Origin: Infirmifilum sp.
Lineage (GTDB): Archaea; Thermoproteota; Thermoprotei; Thermofilales; Thermofilaceae
NCBI GenBank assembly: GCA_041287245.1
Contig: JBEULP010000003.1
Location: forward strand, 64,001-128,000
Direction of reading: 5' to 3'
DNA: 64,000 nt
Of the stretch, positions 47,773 to 57,494 are shown piece after piece (position 1 is the stretch's first letter; each line of letters opens with the position of its first letter). Made by a program: the position numbers and the translations under genes. A model generated the notes under the pieces. It saw nothing but the letters and a program-made list of their open reading frames with translations, was not told the origin of the DNA and did not search any database.

Positions 47773-47916
47773 CTCCTCCTACCTTTCTTTTTATCTTCAG
47801 GGGGCTAACAGGGCGGAGGTAGACTGAGCGTGAAAGCCTCTTAGATAGGTGAAGTCTAAACCAGGGTGCGCGAACGCGCGCGAAAAATAAGGGTGGAGTC
47901 AAGTACAACCTTTGTT

Positions 47917-49245
47917 TTACTTGCGTGCGCGTTTTATGGAGTCGTAGAGGATTTCTAGTCCTATATCCATCTCTTCCTGGGTGATTATTAGAGGAGGTGC
48001 TATTCTAATCGTGCTGAGGCCAGAGCCTATGACTAGTAGGCCTGACTTGAAGGCTATCTCTAATGTGTTTTTCAGGAGCTCGGGGTTAGGCGAGCCGTCC
48101 TTCTTCACCAGCTCTACCCCGATCATAAGGCCTTTGCCTCGCACATCCCCTATTTCCGGTAGTTCTTCTTTCATCTCGTTGAGCCTCTTCATGGCGTGTT
48201 CACCGACGCGCCGTGCGTTTTCTAATAGGTGCTCCTCCTCTATGACTTCTAGTGTCGCTATCGCAGCTGCACAGCTGACAGGGTTTCCGCCAAACGTGCT
48301 TGCGTGGCTACCGGGAGGTAGGTCCATAATTTCACGTCGCCCGACTATCGCTCCCAGTGGGAGTCCTGAGGCGATGCCCTTGGCTATGGCTATAATGTCC
48401 GGCTCTATCCCCCAGTGTTCGATGGCGAACCACTTGCCTGTTCGGCCGATGCCGGCTTGAACCTCGTCGTCTATAAGTAGTATCCCATACTTATCCGCGA
48501 GCTCCTTAAGCCTCTTGAAAAAGTCGGGGGGCGGGACGATGTATCCGCCCTCGCCGGCAATAGGTTCGAATATTATTGCAGCTGTTTCCTCTGGTGGGAC
48601 GTACTTCTTTAAAACCCACTCTTCGATAAAGTCCACGCACCATAGGTTGCAGCTTCCGTATTTCTGTTTGAAGGGGCACCTGAAGCAGTAGGGATAGGGG
48701 ACGTGGACTACGTTAGGGACTAGGGGGCTGAATCCCTTCCTCTGTACTGGCTTGCTGGCGGTTAGAGATAGGGCGCCCATCGTTCTTCCGTGGAAAGAGC
48801 CTGAGAAGGCTATAATGTAAGGTCTTTGTCCTTTGAAGTGGCCCCTAGCTACTTTTATAGCGGCCTCGATAGACTCGGCGCCGCTGTTAGTGTAGAAGAC
48901 CTTCTTCGCGAAGGATCCTGGAGTTATTTTGACTAGTTTTTCAGCTAGCTTTACAGGGGTCTCGTAAAGAAAATCGGTGAGAGAGTAGTGTAAAAGTTTC
49001 TCGGCCTGTTCTTTGATAGCACTTATAACCTTCGGATGAGAGTGCCCTATATTCGTAACGCCGATTCCCGAGTTGAAGTCTAGGTACTTGTTACCGTCGA
49101 GGTCTTCGAGCCAAACGCCGTAGCCTCGTTTGGCGACGAAGGGGTACCATCGGGCGAAGCTTTGCATTATCAACTCATTATCCTTTTCGATTATCTCCTT
49201 GGACTTTGGACCTGGAGGAGGGATTTTAATTTCTGGCCGTGTCAC
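47917..49245 (-). CDS. Class III PLP aminotransferase (acetylornithine/GABA type)
   Basis: NSGAES, FHGRT, EPIAGEGG, DEVQAGIGRTG, AKG, STFGGNP. Confidence 0.92.
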   Translation of the reverse strand: MTRPEIKIPPPGPKSKEIIEKDNELIMQSFARWYPFVAKRGYGVWLEDLDGNKYLDFNSGIGVTNIGHSHPKVISAIKEQAEKLLHYSLTDFLYETPVKLAEKLVKITPGSFAKKVFYTNSGAESIEAAIKVARGHFKGQRPYIIAFSGSFHGRTMGALSLTASKPVQRKGFSPLVPNVVHVPYPYCFRCPFKQKYGSCNLWCVDFIEEWVLKKYVPPEETAAIIFEPIAGEGGYIVPPPDFFKRLKELADKYGILLIDDEVQAGIGRTGKWFAIEHWGIEPDIIAIAKGIASGLPLGAIVGRREIMDLPPGSHASTFGGNPVSCAAAIATLEVIEEEHLLENARRVGEHAMKRLNEMKEELPEIGDVRGKGLMIGVELVKKDGSPNPELLKNTLEIAFKSGLLVIGSGLSTIRIAPPLIITQEEMDIGLEILYDSIKRARK

Positions 49246-49307
49246 ATCTTTTAAACTTACGTAGTAAAATATAAACCTTCGTTCAGAATTAAATTAAATG
49301 ATGTGAA

Positions 49308-49859
49308 ATGGATGTTTCAACAGACGTGGTATGGTTAGGGCGGGGGGGTCAGGGGGCTGTGACCGCCGCGATGCTTCTAGCCCAAGCCGCTGTTAGCAAG
49401 GGATTTTACGCGCTGGCGATACCCTTCTTCGGTGCTGAGAGGAGGGGGGCTCCAGTCTTCGCATATAACAAGATATCAAATAGGGTAATATATTCTAGGT
49501 CCCGTGTGGAGCAGGGTGATATAGTGGCGGTTATGGACCCGTCTCTACTCAATATATACAGTCCTGAGAAGCTTGTAAAGCCTGGGGGCACTGTTGTCGT
49601 GAATACAACTGAATGTACGGGTGGACTCGGCGGTTTAAAAACATACGTGGTTGACGCTGTGGGTATAGCGGAAAGCCTAGGCCTGAAAGTGGCGGGGTTC
49701 GCGCTTGTAAACATGCCTATGATAGGTGCTGTTGCAAGAGTAAGTGGCTTGGTCGGTGAAGAGGAGGTGCTTGCGGCCGTTAAACAGATTATAAAGGCAC
49801 ACGTTGAAAAGAATGTTGAGGCTGTTAAGAGGGGATGGGAGAGTGTCAGGGCGTGTTGA
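49308..49859 (+). CDS. 2-oxoacid:ferredoxin oxidoreductase gamma subunit
   Basis: GRGGQGAVTA, FGAERRGAPV. Confidence 0.92.
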   Translation: MDVSTDVVWLGRGGQGAVTAAMLLAQAAVSKGFYALAIPFFGAERRGAPVFAYNKISNRVIYSRSRVEQGDIVAVMDPSLLNIYSPEKLVKPGGTVVVNTTECTGGLGGLKTYVVDAVGIAESLGLKVAGFALVNMPMIGAVARVSGLVGEEEVLAAVKQIIKAHVEKNVEAVKRGWESVRAC

Positions 49860-50097
49860 GATAATTCTTAGCAGGCCAGTCCCTGGGGCGGTTCCAGCCG
49901 GAACCTGGAGGACTGAGAGGCCGGTTGTGGACCAGTCAAAGTGCACAAAGTGTGGGATATGCTGGCTTTACTGTCCTGACGGGGTCATCGAGATAACTGA
50001 GAGTGGCGCGGTGATCGACTACGAGTACTGCAAGGGATGCGGCATATGTGCTGCGGAGTGTCCTTTTAAGGCTATTAGAATGGTGAGAGAGGGATGA
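49843..50097 (+). CDS. 2-oxoacid:ferredoxin oxidoreductase delta subunit
   Basis: WRTERP, CTKCGICWLYCPD, YCKGCGICAAECP. Confidence 0.92.
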   Translation: MSGRVEIILSRPVPGAVPAGTWRTERPVVDQSKCTKCGICWLYCPDGVIEITESGAVIDYEYCKGCGICAAECPFKAIRMVREG

Positions 50098-51245
50098 GTA
50101 CGCTTCTCTTAACTGGAAACTATGCCGCGGCTTACGCTGTTCGGGATGCAGAGCCCGACGTTATATCTGCTTATCCTATCACACCGCAGACGCCGGTTAT
50201 TGAGAAGATCGCCGAGTTTATAGACTCGGGGGAGCTTAGCGCGAGGTTTGTGAGAGTCGAGTCTGAGCATAGCGCTATGGCTGCGCTGATCGGGGCTGCG
50301 GGGGTAGGCGCGAGGACGTATACAGCCACGTCGTCTCAGGGGCTCTTCTACATGTATGAGGTTTTATGGTGGGCGGCTGGGGCTCGTTTGCCGATAGTTA
50401 TGGGTATAGTGATGCGCGCATTAGGACCGCCCTGGAGCATTTGGACTGAGCACTCGGATTTCTACGCGTTAAGGGATAGTGGTTGGAACCTCTTCATGGC
50501 GTCTTCGGCCCAGGAAGTTTACGACCTATCCTTGGTTGCCTTCAAAGTGGCTGAGGACCCTGAGGTGCTTCTCCCTACAGCTGTTGGCTGGGACGCATTT
50601 GAGGTCTCACACACCTACGAGCCTGTATCAATGCTTAGCAAGGACCAGGTTAGGAGGGTTCTTCCGCCTAAGGGGTCATGGAAGGCGCCTTTAGCCGCGG
50701 ATGACCCGGCAAGTTTAGGCAACCTAGCCTATCCCGAAGAGTATATACGGATACGTTATGAGATGAAAAGGGCGAGTGATAGGGCTAGGAGCGTCATTAA
50801 AAAGGTTCTAGACGAGTACTCGAAAATCTCTGGTAGAAACTACTCCTTCTTCGAGTGTAAGTATTGCGAGGACGCCGATACTGTTTTCGTAGTACAGGGT
50901 TCAATTTATGGGGAGACGTTAAAGGCTGTAGAGAAACTCAGGGGCTCTGGCGAGAAGGTTGGAGTATTGAAACTCTGGCTTTATAGGCCCTTCCCATATA
51001 TAGAGGTATCCAAGGCGCTGGAGGGTGCGAAGAGGGTTGTAGCACTACCGAGGGCCTCAACATTCGGTGGGGTAAGCGCCATCGGGGCAGACTTGTCATT
51101 CACTGTTAATCTAAACCAGGGGCGGCAACAGGTCTTTGATGTCTCGGTTGGCGTCGGAGGTGTTGATGTGACAGCCCGGGATGTAGAGGCTATATATAAG
51201 AGTATACTTACAGGCAGTGAGAGGGTTTTTTGGAGGGTGGTGTAA
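50094..51245 (+). CDS. 2-oxoacid:ferredoxin oxidoreductase alpha subunit
   Basis: YPITPQT, ESEHSA, TSSQG. Confidence 0.92.
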   Translation: MSTLLLTGNYAAAYAVRDAEPDVISAYPITPQTPVIEKIAEFIDSGELSARFVRVESEHSAMAALIGAAGVGARTYTATSSQGLFYMYEVLWWAAGARLPIVMGIVMRALGPPWSIWTEHSDFYALRDSGWNLFMASSAQEVYDLSLVAFKVAEDPEVLLPTAVGWDAFEVSHTYEPVSMLSKDQVRRVLPPKGSWKAPLAADDPASLGNLAYPEEYIRIRYEMKRASDRARSVIKKVLDEYSKISGRNYSFFECKYCEDADTVFVVQGSIYGETLKAVEKLRGSGEKVGVLKLWLYRPFPYIEVSKALEGAKRVVALPRASTFGGVSAIGADLSFTVNLNQGRQQVFDVSVGVGGVDVTARDVEAIYKSILTGSERVFWRVV

Positions 51246-51247
51246 GT

Positions 51248-52147
51248 ATGTCTCATAAGGTTTTTCCACGAGAGGAGTATATCCTGAAGGGTCATGCCGC
51301 GTGTCCTGGCTGTGGAGCTACTCTTCTACTACGCCATGTTTTGAAAGCCCTCGGTCCCAATACCTACCTGGTTATACCGGCATGCTGTACCTCTGTGATC
51401 GCCGGACCACACCCGAAGAGCGCATTTAATGTGCCTGTTTTACACATAGCCTTTGCAGCCAGCGCGGCTGCCGCGTCGGGAATGTCCGAGGCTCTTGAGA
51501 AGCTTAGAAAAGAGGCAAACGTCGTAGTATGGGCTGGAGATGGCGGGACCGTTGACATCGGGTTGCAGGCGCTGAGCGGTGCTGCAGAGCGTGGAAACAA
51601 TATTATCTACATATGCTATGACAACGAGGCCTACATGAACACGGGGATCCAGAAGTCAGGCTCTACTCCCTATAAGGCGTGGACGACCACAACGCCAACA
51701 GGTAATCCCGGGATGAAGAAGGATGTCCCGGGAATTATGGTTGCCCACAGGGTTCCTTATGTTGCCACGATAAACCCAGCCTACCCTAACGATATATATA
51801 ATAAGCTAAGGAAGGCTGCGAGTATTCGCGGGGGGCTGAAATATATTCATGCTTTGTCACCCTGCCCTCCTGGCTGGAGGTATGATCCTGCGTTAACCGT
51901 TAAGATAGCTAGGCTTGCCGTTGAGACTGGTGTTTGGGTTCTCTATGAGGTTGAAAACGGTGTTTTCAGGCTTACGGGTCCCAGCGTCAAGCTTGTAGAT
52001 AAAAAGTATAGGAAGCCAGTTGCTGAATATCTCAAGTTGCAAGGAAGGTTTGCCCATCTCACGGCAGATGACGTAGAACGCATTCAGGCGTGGGTAGACG
52101 AGCAGTGGGAGAATATTGCTAGGATGGTAAACGAGAAGAAAGAATAG
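51248..52147 (+). CDS. 2-oxoacid:ferredoxin oxidoreductase beta subunit
   Basis: CPGCG, GDGG, YDNEAYMNTG, PCPPGW. Confidence 0.92.
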   Translation: MSHKVFPREEYILKGHAACPGCGATLLLRHVLKALGPNTYLVIPACCTSVIAGPHPKSAFNVPVLHIAFAASAAAASGMSEALEKLRKEANVVVWAGDGGTVDIGLQALSGAAERGNNIIYICYDNEAYMNTGIQKSGSTPYKAWTTTTPTGNPGMKKDVPGIMVAHRVPYVATINPAYPNDIYNKLRKAASIRGGLKYIHALSPCPPGWRYDPALTVKIARLAVETGVWVLYEVENGVFRLTGPSVKLVDKKYRKPVAEYLKLQGRFAHLTADDVERIQAWVDEQWENIARMVNEKKE

Positions 52148-52200
52148 GGTTCAAGGGAAGATCTGAAACTTTATTAACTTCTCCTTTTTCAAATCAAAGT

Positions 52201-52359
52201 ATGAGTACTGAGGAAAAGATTTACAGGTGTATGCAGTGCGGTAAAGAATTCAGCCTAAAAGAGATCATAGCGCTCCCAGGCTTCAGATGTCCTTACTGTG
52301 GCTTCAGAATAGTGGAGAAGACTCGCCCGGTTATACCTAAACGCGTCCGTGCCGTCTAA
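52201..52359 (+). CDS. rpoP: RNA polymerase subunit P (Rpo12)
   Basis: Below cutoff: MSTEEKIYRCMQCGKEFSLKEIIALPGFRCPYCGFRIVEKTRPVIPKRVRAV. Confidence 0.92.
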   Translation: MSTEEKIYRCMQCGKEFSLKEIIALPGFRCPYCGFRIVEKTRPVIPKRVRAV

Positions 52360-52456
52360 AATCACGCGCGTCCTTGCTTTGAGCATAACGTGTTTAGAAG
52401 CAAACGTAAAAAATAAAAGAGAGTTGACGAGGTTTATAGTTGCACACAGGGTTGAA

Positions 52457-52744
52457 ATGAGCGCGGAAATACTAGATAATATATTAAAGTCGGTCTTCAA
52501 GGAGCAGCAAGTAATCAAAATACGAGTTGAAAAGCGTAAGGGCCACAGAGACGTTACAGTAATCACTGGGCTAGACACTAAGGATCCAGAGTTACATAAA
52601 ATGGTTTCTGAGTTAAAGTCAAAGCTTGCCTGTGGCGGGACGATAAAGGACGATCATGTTGAGCTTCAGGGCGATCATAGATACAGAGTCAAAGAGTACC
52701 TTATAGCCCGCGGCTTCTCAGAGAGCAATATTCTGGTAGAGTGA
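52457..52744 (+). CDS. Translation initiation factor SUI1/aIF1
   Basis: VTVITGL, LKSKLACGGT, ELQGDH. Confidence 0.92.
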   Translation: MSAEILDNILKSVFKEQQVIKIRVEKRKGHRDVTVITGLDTKDPELHKMVSELKSKLACGGTIKDDHVELQGDHRYRVKEYLIARGFSESNILVE

Positions 52745-52846
52745 ATAAAAGCATTATTTAATTTTTCTCGTGTTTTTACATTTTCAATTTTTCTCAGGCT
52801 TAAATATGCGAGGCTTTTTTATACTTGGTTTACGAATTTTTAAATT

Positions 52847-53302
52847 ATGAGTGAGCCGGCGCGTGTGGCTGAAGAGCTAGCAGAAGCCATGGCTAAAATA
52901 CAGAAAGAGCTTAACGAGACCCTCCGCAATATATGGGCGAAGTATTCTGCTCTCTATCCAGACAAGCTAAGGGTCTATGACCCCCTCTTTGACATTGAGG
53001 ACAGAGGTGACAGTATTGTAGTTTACGTCGACGTCCCCGGCTTCAAGAGAAATGAGATTCGCATTCGAGTTACGGAGGACTCATTAGAGATCATCGCTGA
53101 AAAATCGGAGGAGAAGATAAGGGAGGAAAGCGATAGAAAATACCTTCAGAGACAGCGGCTCTACAGGCAGATCTACAAGAAGATAGAGCTACCGGTGAAG
53201 GTGAGGCCTGAACAGGCGCGGGCTAGACTGGAAGAGGGAGTACTGATGGTTATGCTCCCTAAGAGCGGGGCTGAACGTGAAGTTCAGTTAAACGTAGAGT
53301 AA
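52847..53302 (+). CDS. Small heat shock protein Hsp20
   Basis: DVPGF, ARLEEGVL alpha-crystallin motifs. Confidence 0.88.
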   Translation: MSEPARVAEELAEAMAKIQKELNETLRNIWAKYSALYPDKLRVYDPLFDIEDRGDSIVVYVDVPGFKRNEIRIRVTEDSLEIIAEKSEEKIREESDRKYLQRQRLYRQIYKKIELPVKVRPEQARARLEEGVLMVMLPKSGAEREVQLNVE

Positions 53303-53431
53303 AAAATTGTGGATGTTTTTAACTTTCCAGCTGAGAATAGCTCTGATATTTTCAGGCACGCCCGTCGGCTTATCACGCGAGGCTGGTTTGTCGGTGTTTA
53401 AAGCCTGAAGAGTGTGTTTATGGATAGGAGG

Positions 53432-54151
53432 ATGACGGTCACGGGTGCTTTGAAGTTTGAGGTTCCGGTTTTTATTTTTAAATTGTATGCTTTCGGCGGG
53501 ACAGGTCTTATTCTGGTGGAGCAGGGACATCTCCGTTTCATTGCTCTGAATCCCGAGAAAACGGGGTTGATGGAGGCTAGGTTTAAGACAGGCTACTTTG
53601 AAAAGTGGGAAGGGGAAGCACCTGGGAAGTATTTAGCCTTTGCCGCGGGGCTAGACGAGATTGTTTCCAACGTGGAGGTTGAGCTTAAGGATGGAGAGGT
53701 TATGATTAAGGGAATAAAACCTTATACAATGAATGCCCCGGATCCACCTGTTGTGCAAGTGCCTTTACGAAAGGTTGATTTTAAGCCGCCATTTTTCGAG
53801 CCTGCAGGGGAAATAACCTATGCCGGGTTCTTCGAGAACAGTTATAGCGAGCTCAGGAAATTAAAGGGTCTGGGTAATACTTATCTGATTGTTAAAGTTC
53901 AGGGTGAAACCTTGACGGTGTCCCCGCCTCTCAGAAGGTTTAAACTAGACAGTCCCGCGGAAATGGAGTTTGAGGTAAAGGTTCTAGCTCGGGATTTCGT
54001 AAGGGTGATTGACGTGGCGCGAGGCTTGTTCAGCACGAGGCACATGTTGCCTGTTGACAGTGTTTTTCCAACGGGTCCTCAGGGTCAGCATTTAGGGCTG
54101 AGATTCCATGCGCCTGGAGACATATATGCGGTTCTAGCAGGACAACTCTGA
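53432..54151 (+). CDS. Hypothetical protein, possible divergent sliding-clamp (PCNA-like) fold
   Basis: About 240 aa; AGGAGG SD; GHLRFIALNPEKTGLMEARF and LGLRF...IYAVLA echo PCNA motifs. Confidence 0.45.
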   Translation: MTVTGALKFEVPVFIFKLYAFGGTGLILVEQGHLRFIALNPEKTGLMEARFKTGYFEKWEGEAPGKYLAFAAGLDEIVSNVEVELKDGEVMIKGIKPYTMNAPDPPVVQVPLRKVDFKPPFFEPAGEITYAGFFENSYSELRKLKGLGNTYLIVKVQGETLTVSPPLRRFKLDSPAEMEFEVKVLARDFVRVIDVARGLFSTRHMLPVDSVFPTGPQGQHLGLRFHAPGDIYAVLAGQL

Positions 54152-54242
54152 CTTCCTCCCCGCGCGCTAGGACACTGTAGCGCGTGCTCTGAGATGCAAA
54201 AGTTTTTAAAACCTGGGTTTCTGAAAGAATAGGGAACTAAGT

Positions 54243-54542
54243 ATGCCGAAGGTCTTTGATGTAGGGAGAGTATGTGTTAAAACTGCTGGCCGCGAGGCTG
54301 GGGCAAAGTGCGTTGTTGTGGACATTGTAGACGAGAAGTTTGTTGTGATTACTGGTCCCAAGACCCTGACAGGCGTCAAGAGGCGGCGGGTCAATGTAAG
54401 GCACCTCGAGCCGCTCCAACATAAGGTTACGATAAATAAGGGGGCAAGCGACGAAGAGGTAATAGCCGCGTTGGAGAAGGCGGGCCTTCTTGACTTTATG
54501 CGGGAAAGGGTTCAGCCCCTCATGGCTCCAGGCGTTGCTTAG
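54243..54542 (+). CDS. rpl14e: 50S ribosomal protein L14e
   Basis: [27 protein letters not shown]. Confidence 0.96.
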   Translation: MPKVFDVGRVCVKTAGREAGAKCVVVDIVDEKFVVITGPKTLTGVKRRRVNVRHLEPLQHKVTINKGASDEEVIAALEKAGLLDFMRERVQPLMAPGVA

Positions 54543-54592
54543 TCATCACTATTTATATTTTAAAGGTCATCAAAGATAGAGGCTAGATTAGC

Positions 54593-55612
54593 TTGCAGCC
54601 TGCGCTTAGCAAGTATCTGGGTAAGCCCAGCCCCCGGGAGATCCTCATTAGGAGTGAAGCCGAAACCGACCCGAGCTATGGCTTCCAACCTTACAGGCGC
54701 CCCGTCGAGGAGTTGCTTAAATATGCAGTCATCAACTTGGATAAACCAGTTGGTCCCAGTAGCCATGAGGTTGTCGCTTGGCTTAGGCGGCTTCTAGGGA
54801 TTGAGCGTTTAGCGCATGCGGGAACTTTGGATCCCAAGGTTTCAGGCGTCCTGCCGATAACGGTGAACAACTCGTTAAGGATACTTCCTGTGCTACTTCA
54901 CGAGGACAAGGAGTATGTCTGCGTTATGAGGCTTCATGGGGACGTGAGCAGAGAGAGGCTTGAAAACGTAGTCTCTATGTTCAAGGGGGCTATCTACCAG
55001 CGGCCTCCACTCCGTTCTGCTGTGAAGAGAAACTTGAGGGTCAGGAAGATATTCGATATAAGGCTGCTTGAAGTGGACGGGAGGAATGTTTTGCTACAGG
55101 TCTGGTGTGAGGCTGGGACGTACATGAGGAAACTGTGCCACGACATAGGTGAGGTCCTCGGCGTCGGCGCCCACATGCAGGAGCTTAGACGTATAAGATC
55201 CGGGTCGCTCACCGAGGAGAAGCGGTTGGCGACGATCCACGACGTTGTAGACGCGTACATCCTGTGGAAGTCACACGGGATAGAGGAGTATCTTAGACAG
55301 GTTTTTCTACCGGTAGAGGAGGCTGTGCAACACATACCTAAAGTCTGGATACGTGATACAGCGGTGGACGCAGTATGCCATGGCGCCCCGGTAGCTGTCC
55401 CAGGAATAGTGAAGCTTGAGAGCAATATACGTACAGGAGACATTGTTGGCGTATACACGTTGAAGGATGAGCTTGTAGCTCTAGGCATCGCGAAGTTTAA
55501 CAGCGGGAAAATGATGTCCGCGAAAAGCGGGATAGCAGTAAAGGTTAATCATGTCGTAATGGAGCCGGGAGTTTATCCTAGGGCGTGGAAGTCTAAAGAG
55601 GAGAGCCACTAA
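54593..55612 (+). CDS. cbf5: H/ACA pseudouridine synthase Cbf5
   Basis: DKPVGPSSHEV, HAGTLDPKVSG, GTYMR, PUA domain. Confidence 0.95.
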   Translation: MQPALSKYLGKPSPREILIRSEAETDPSYGFQPYRRPVEELLKYAVINLDKPVGPSSHEVVAWLRRLLGIERLAHAGTLDPKVSGVLPITVNNSLRILPVLLHEDKEYVCVMRLHGDVSRERLENVVSMFKGAIYQRPPLRSAVKRNLRVRKIFDIRLLEVDGRNVLLQVWCEAGTYMRKLCHDIGEVLGVGAHMQELRRIRSGSLTEEKRLATIHDVVDAYILWKSHGIEEYLRQVFLPVEEAVQHIPKVWIRDTAVDAVCHGAPVAVPGIVKLESNIRTGDIVGVYTLKDELVALGIAKFNSGKMMSAKSGIAVKVNHVVMEPGVYPRAWKSKEESH

Positions 55613-55644
55613 ATAGGACGCTGATGACCTAGAATCGCGCGAAG

Positions 55645-56157
55645 TCAGGCTAACCTGTCCAGCTTGATGTTGACTATAGCGATGGTCACATCCGGTGGTT
55701 TAGGTTTCGACGTAGCCCTAATCCTCACGCCTCGAGCCGGGCTCATAGGAGGAGTAGTCAACGGGAGGAAAAATGAAAGGCTTGCTTTAACAGCCGGGAC
55801 GACCTGCTCAAGCAGAGGCCCGTTGTTTTCCACGATGAAGTCAGCCTCTAACTTAGGGCTTTGAGGCTTCTCTAAGAGGATGCCGTCATGAACCTTTATT
55901 TGTCTCTCAGACCGACCCATGTTACGCTCAATCTTCTTCAGAATACCTAATAGGGATATCTCATCAACGTGTACATGCTTTAAACGGTCGCCGTAGAAGG
56001 TGGCGATCTTCATGGTATCTGAAAAGTAGAATTGAAGAATAACGTCTTTTCGAATTCCATGGGAAAGATAGAAGGATGAAGAGATTATCCGGGCCAGTAA
56101 AGGCTTCTCAGATTTCAGGAACTCTAAAGTAGCCTCGACGATAAATTTACGCCTCAA
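55645..56157 (-). CDS. Degenerate TrmY-like SPOUT paralog
   Basis: ARIISSSFYLSHGIRKDV and VDEISL motifs; lacks the GDH loop. Confidence 0.55.
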   Translation of the reverse strand: MRRKFIVEATLEFLKSEKPLLARIISSSFYLSHGIRKDVILQFYFSDTMKIATFYGDRLKHVHVDEISLLGILKKIERNMGRSERQIKVHDGILLEKPQSPKLEADFIVENNGPLLEQVVPAVKASLSFFLPLTTPPMSPARGVRIRATSKPKPPDVTIAIVNIKLDRLA

Positions 56158-57464
56158 AAGGATAGCCCCGGCACACGTCGTCTAGAGCGGTAAAGTTGCC
56201 TCATAAGCTTCTTCATCTGGGCGTGAGCCTCAAGAAGTTTTTTTACGTCCCGTACAGTAGTCCCCGACCCCCTCGCTATTCTCATCATGCGGGACCTATC
56301 TATAATCTCGGGTTTTAAAAGCTCCTCGGCTGTCATCGAGTTCATAATGGCAATCCACCTGTCAACCTTCCTTTCACTGTTCTCAACAGAGCCTTTAATA
56401 GGAATAGGGGATCCGCCGAACATCTCAAGAACCTTTGAAAGGGGCCCCATCTTCCGAACCTCTAGGAGTTGCTCTTTTAGGTCTAAGAGGGTTATTTTTC
56501 CAGAGGCAATCAGTCTGGCTCTCTCTTTCTCGGTTTCTTCGAAGGCCTGGAATCTCTTAAGCAATGCATCAAGGTCAGGCATTCCTAAGAGGCGGGCAAC
56601 AAACCTCTGCGGGACAAAAGCCTCAAGGTTTTCCAATTTTTCTCCTGTGCCAACGAAAACAATGCTAGCACCTGTTGACGCCACCGCCGACAAAGCCCCT
56701 CCGCCGCGGGCCGAGCCGTCGAGCTTCGTTACTATTACATGACCCAGGGGCACACGCTCATGGAACGCCTTTGCCTGCCTCGCAACCTCTTTTCCAAGTG
56801 TCGCGTCAACAACGAGAATCACGTCGTCGGGTTTTAGCTTCTCATATATCTCTGAGACCTCACGCATGAGGGCTTCCTCGTCTTTATGCCTGCCTGCAGT
56901 GTCAATTATGAACACCTGGACCTTCTTTTCTTGGAGGCTCCGAATTCCCTCCTCTACTAGTCTAATAGGGTCCTTCAAGCCAGGGTTGCCGTAGAAGTCC
57001 ACATCTATTAAGGCTGCAAGTTGTTTTAGCTGCTCATGAGCCCCGGGCCTATAGGTATCCGCTGCGATTAATCCTACACGGTAACCCGACTCCTTCAGGT
57101 ATTTCGCGAGCTTTGCTGCTGTTGTGGTTTTTCCCGACCCCTCAATTCCGACAAGCATTATCTTGTATGGGGTCTTTGGTATAGTGAACTCCTTGGAGGC
57201 TTCGCCGCCTAATAGCGATACGAGCTCGTCATACAGTATTTTTATCAGGAGCTCTCGCTTGGAGAACCCCGGAGGAATCTCTTGAGAAAAGAACTTCTTC
57301 TTTATCCTCTCAGAGAGGTCGAATACCAGTTTAACGTCAACGTCAGCCTTTAGAAGTACCCGCTGGAGGTCACGTATGATCGTGTCTACCTCCTTAGTGT
57401 CTAAAAGCACCGAGTTCTTAATTTTCTCTACAACACCAAGTAGACTCGTCCTAAGGCTCTCCAT
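56154..57464 (-). CDS. srp54: Signal recognition particle protein SRP54
   Basis: GSGKTTT, DTAGRH, TKLDGSARGGG, M-domain SRMMRIARGSG. Confidence 0.96.
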   Translation of the reverse strand: MESLRTSLLGVVEKIKNSVLLDTKEVDTIIRDLQRVLLKADVDVKLVFDLSERIKKKFFSQEIPPGFSKRELLIKILYDELVSLLGGEASKEFTIPKTPYKIMLVGIEGSGKTTTAAKLAKYLKESGYRVGLIAADTYRPGAHEQLKQLAALIDVDFYGNPGLKDPIRLVEEGIRSLQEKKVQVFIIDTAGRHKDEEALMREVSEIYEKLKPDDVILVVDATLGKEVARQAKAFHERVPLGHVIVTKLDGSARGGGALSAVASTGASIVFVGTGEKLENLEAFVPQRFVARLLGMPDLDALLKRFQAFEETEKERARLIASGKITLLDLKEQLLEVRKMGPLSKVLEMFGGSPIPIKGSVENSERKVDRWIAIMNSMTAEELLKPEIIDRSRMMRIARGSGTTVRDVKKLLEAHAQMKKLMRQLYRSRRRVPGLSF

Positions 57465-57494
57465 CAGTCTTCTGAAAGAATAATAGAAAACTCG

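Noticed and set aside
54500..54575. Two TGATGA boxes on the minus strand between rpl14e and cbf5
   Set aside because: No properly spaced CTGA D boxes; the region overlaps the cbf5 promoter and the rpl14e 3' end.
55618..55670. CTGATGA after cbf5 as a possible C box
   Set aside because: No convincing D'/C'/D arrangement.
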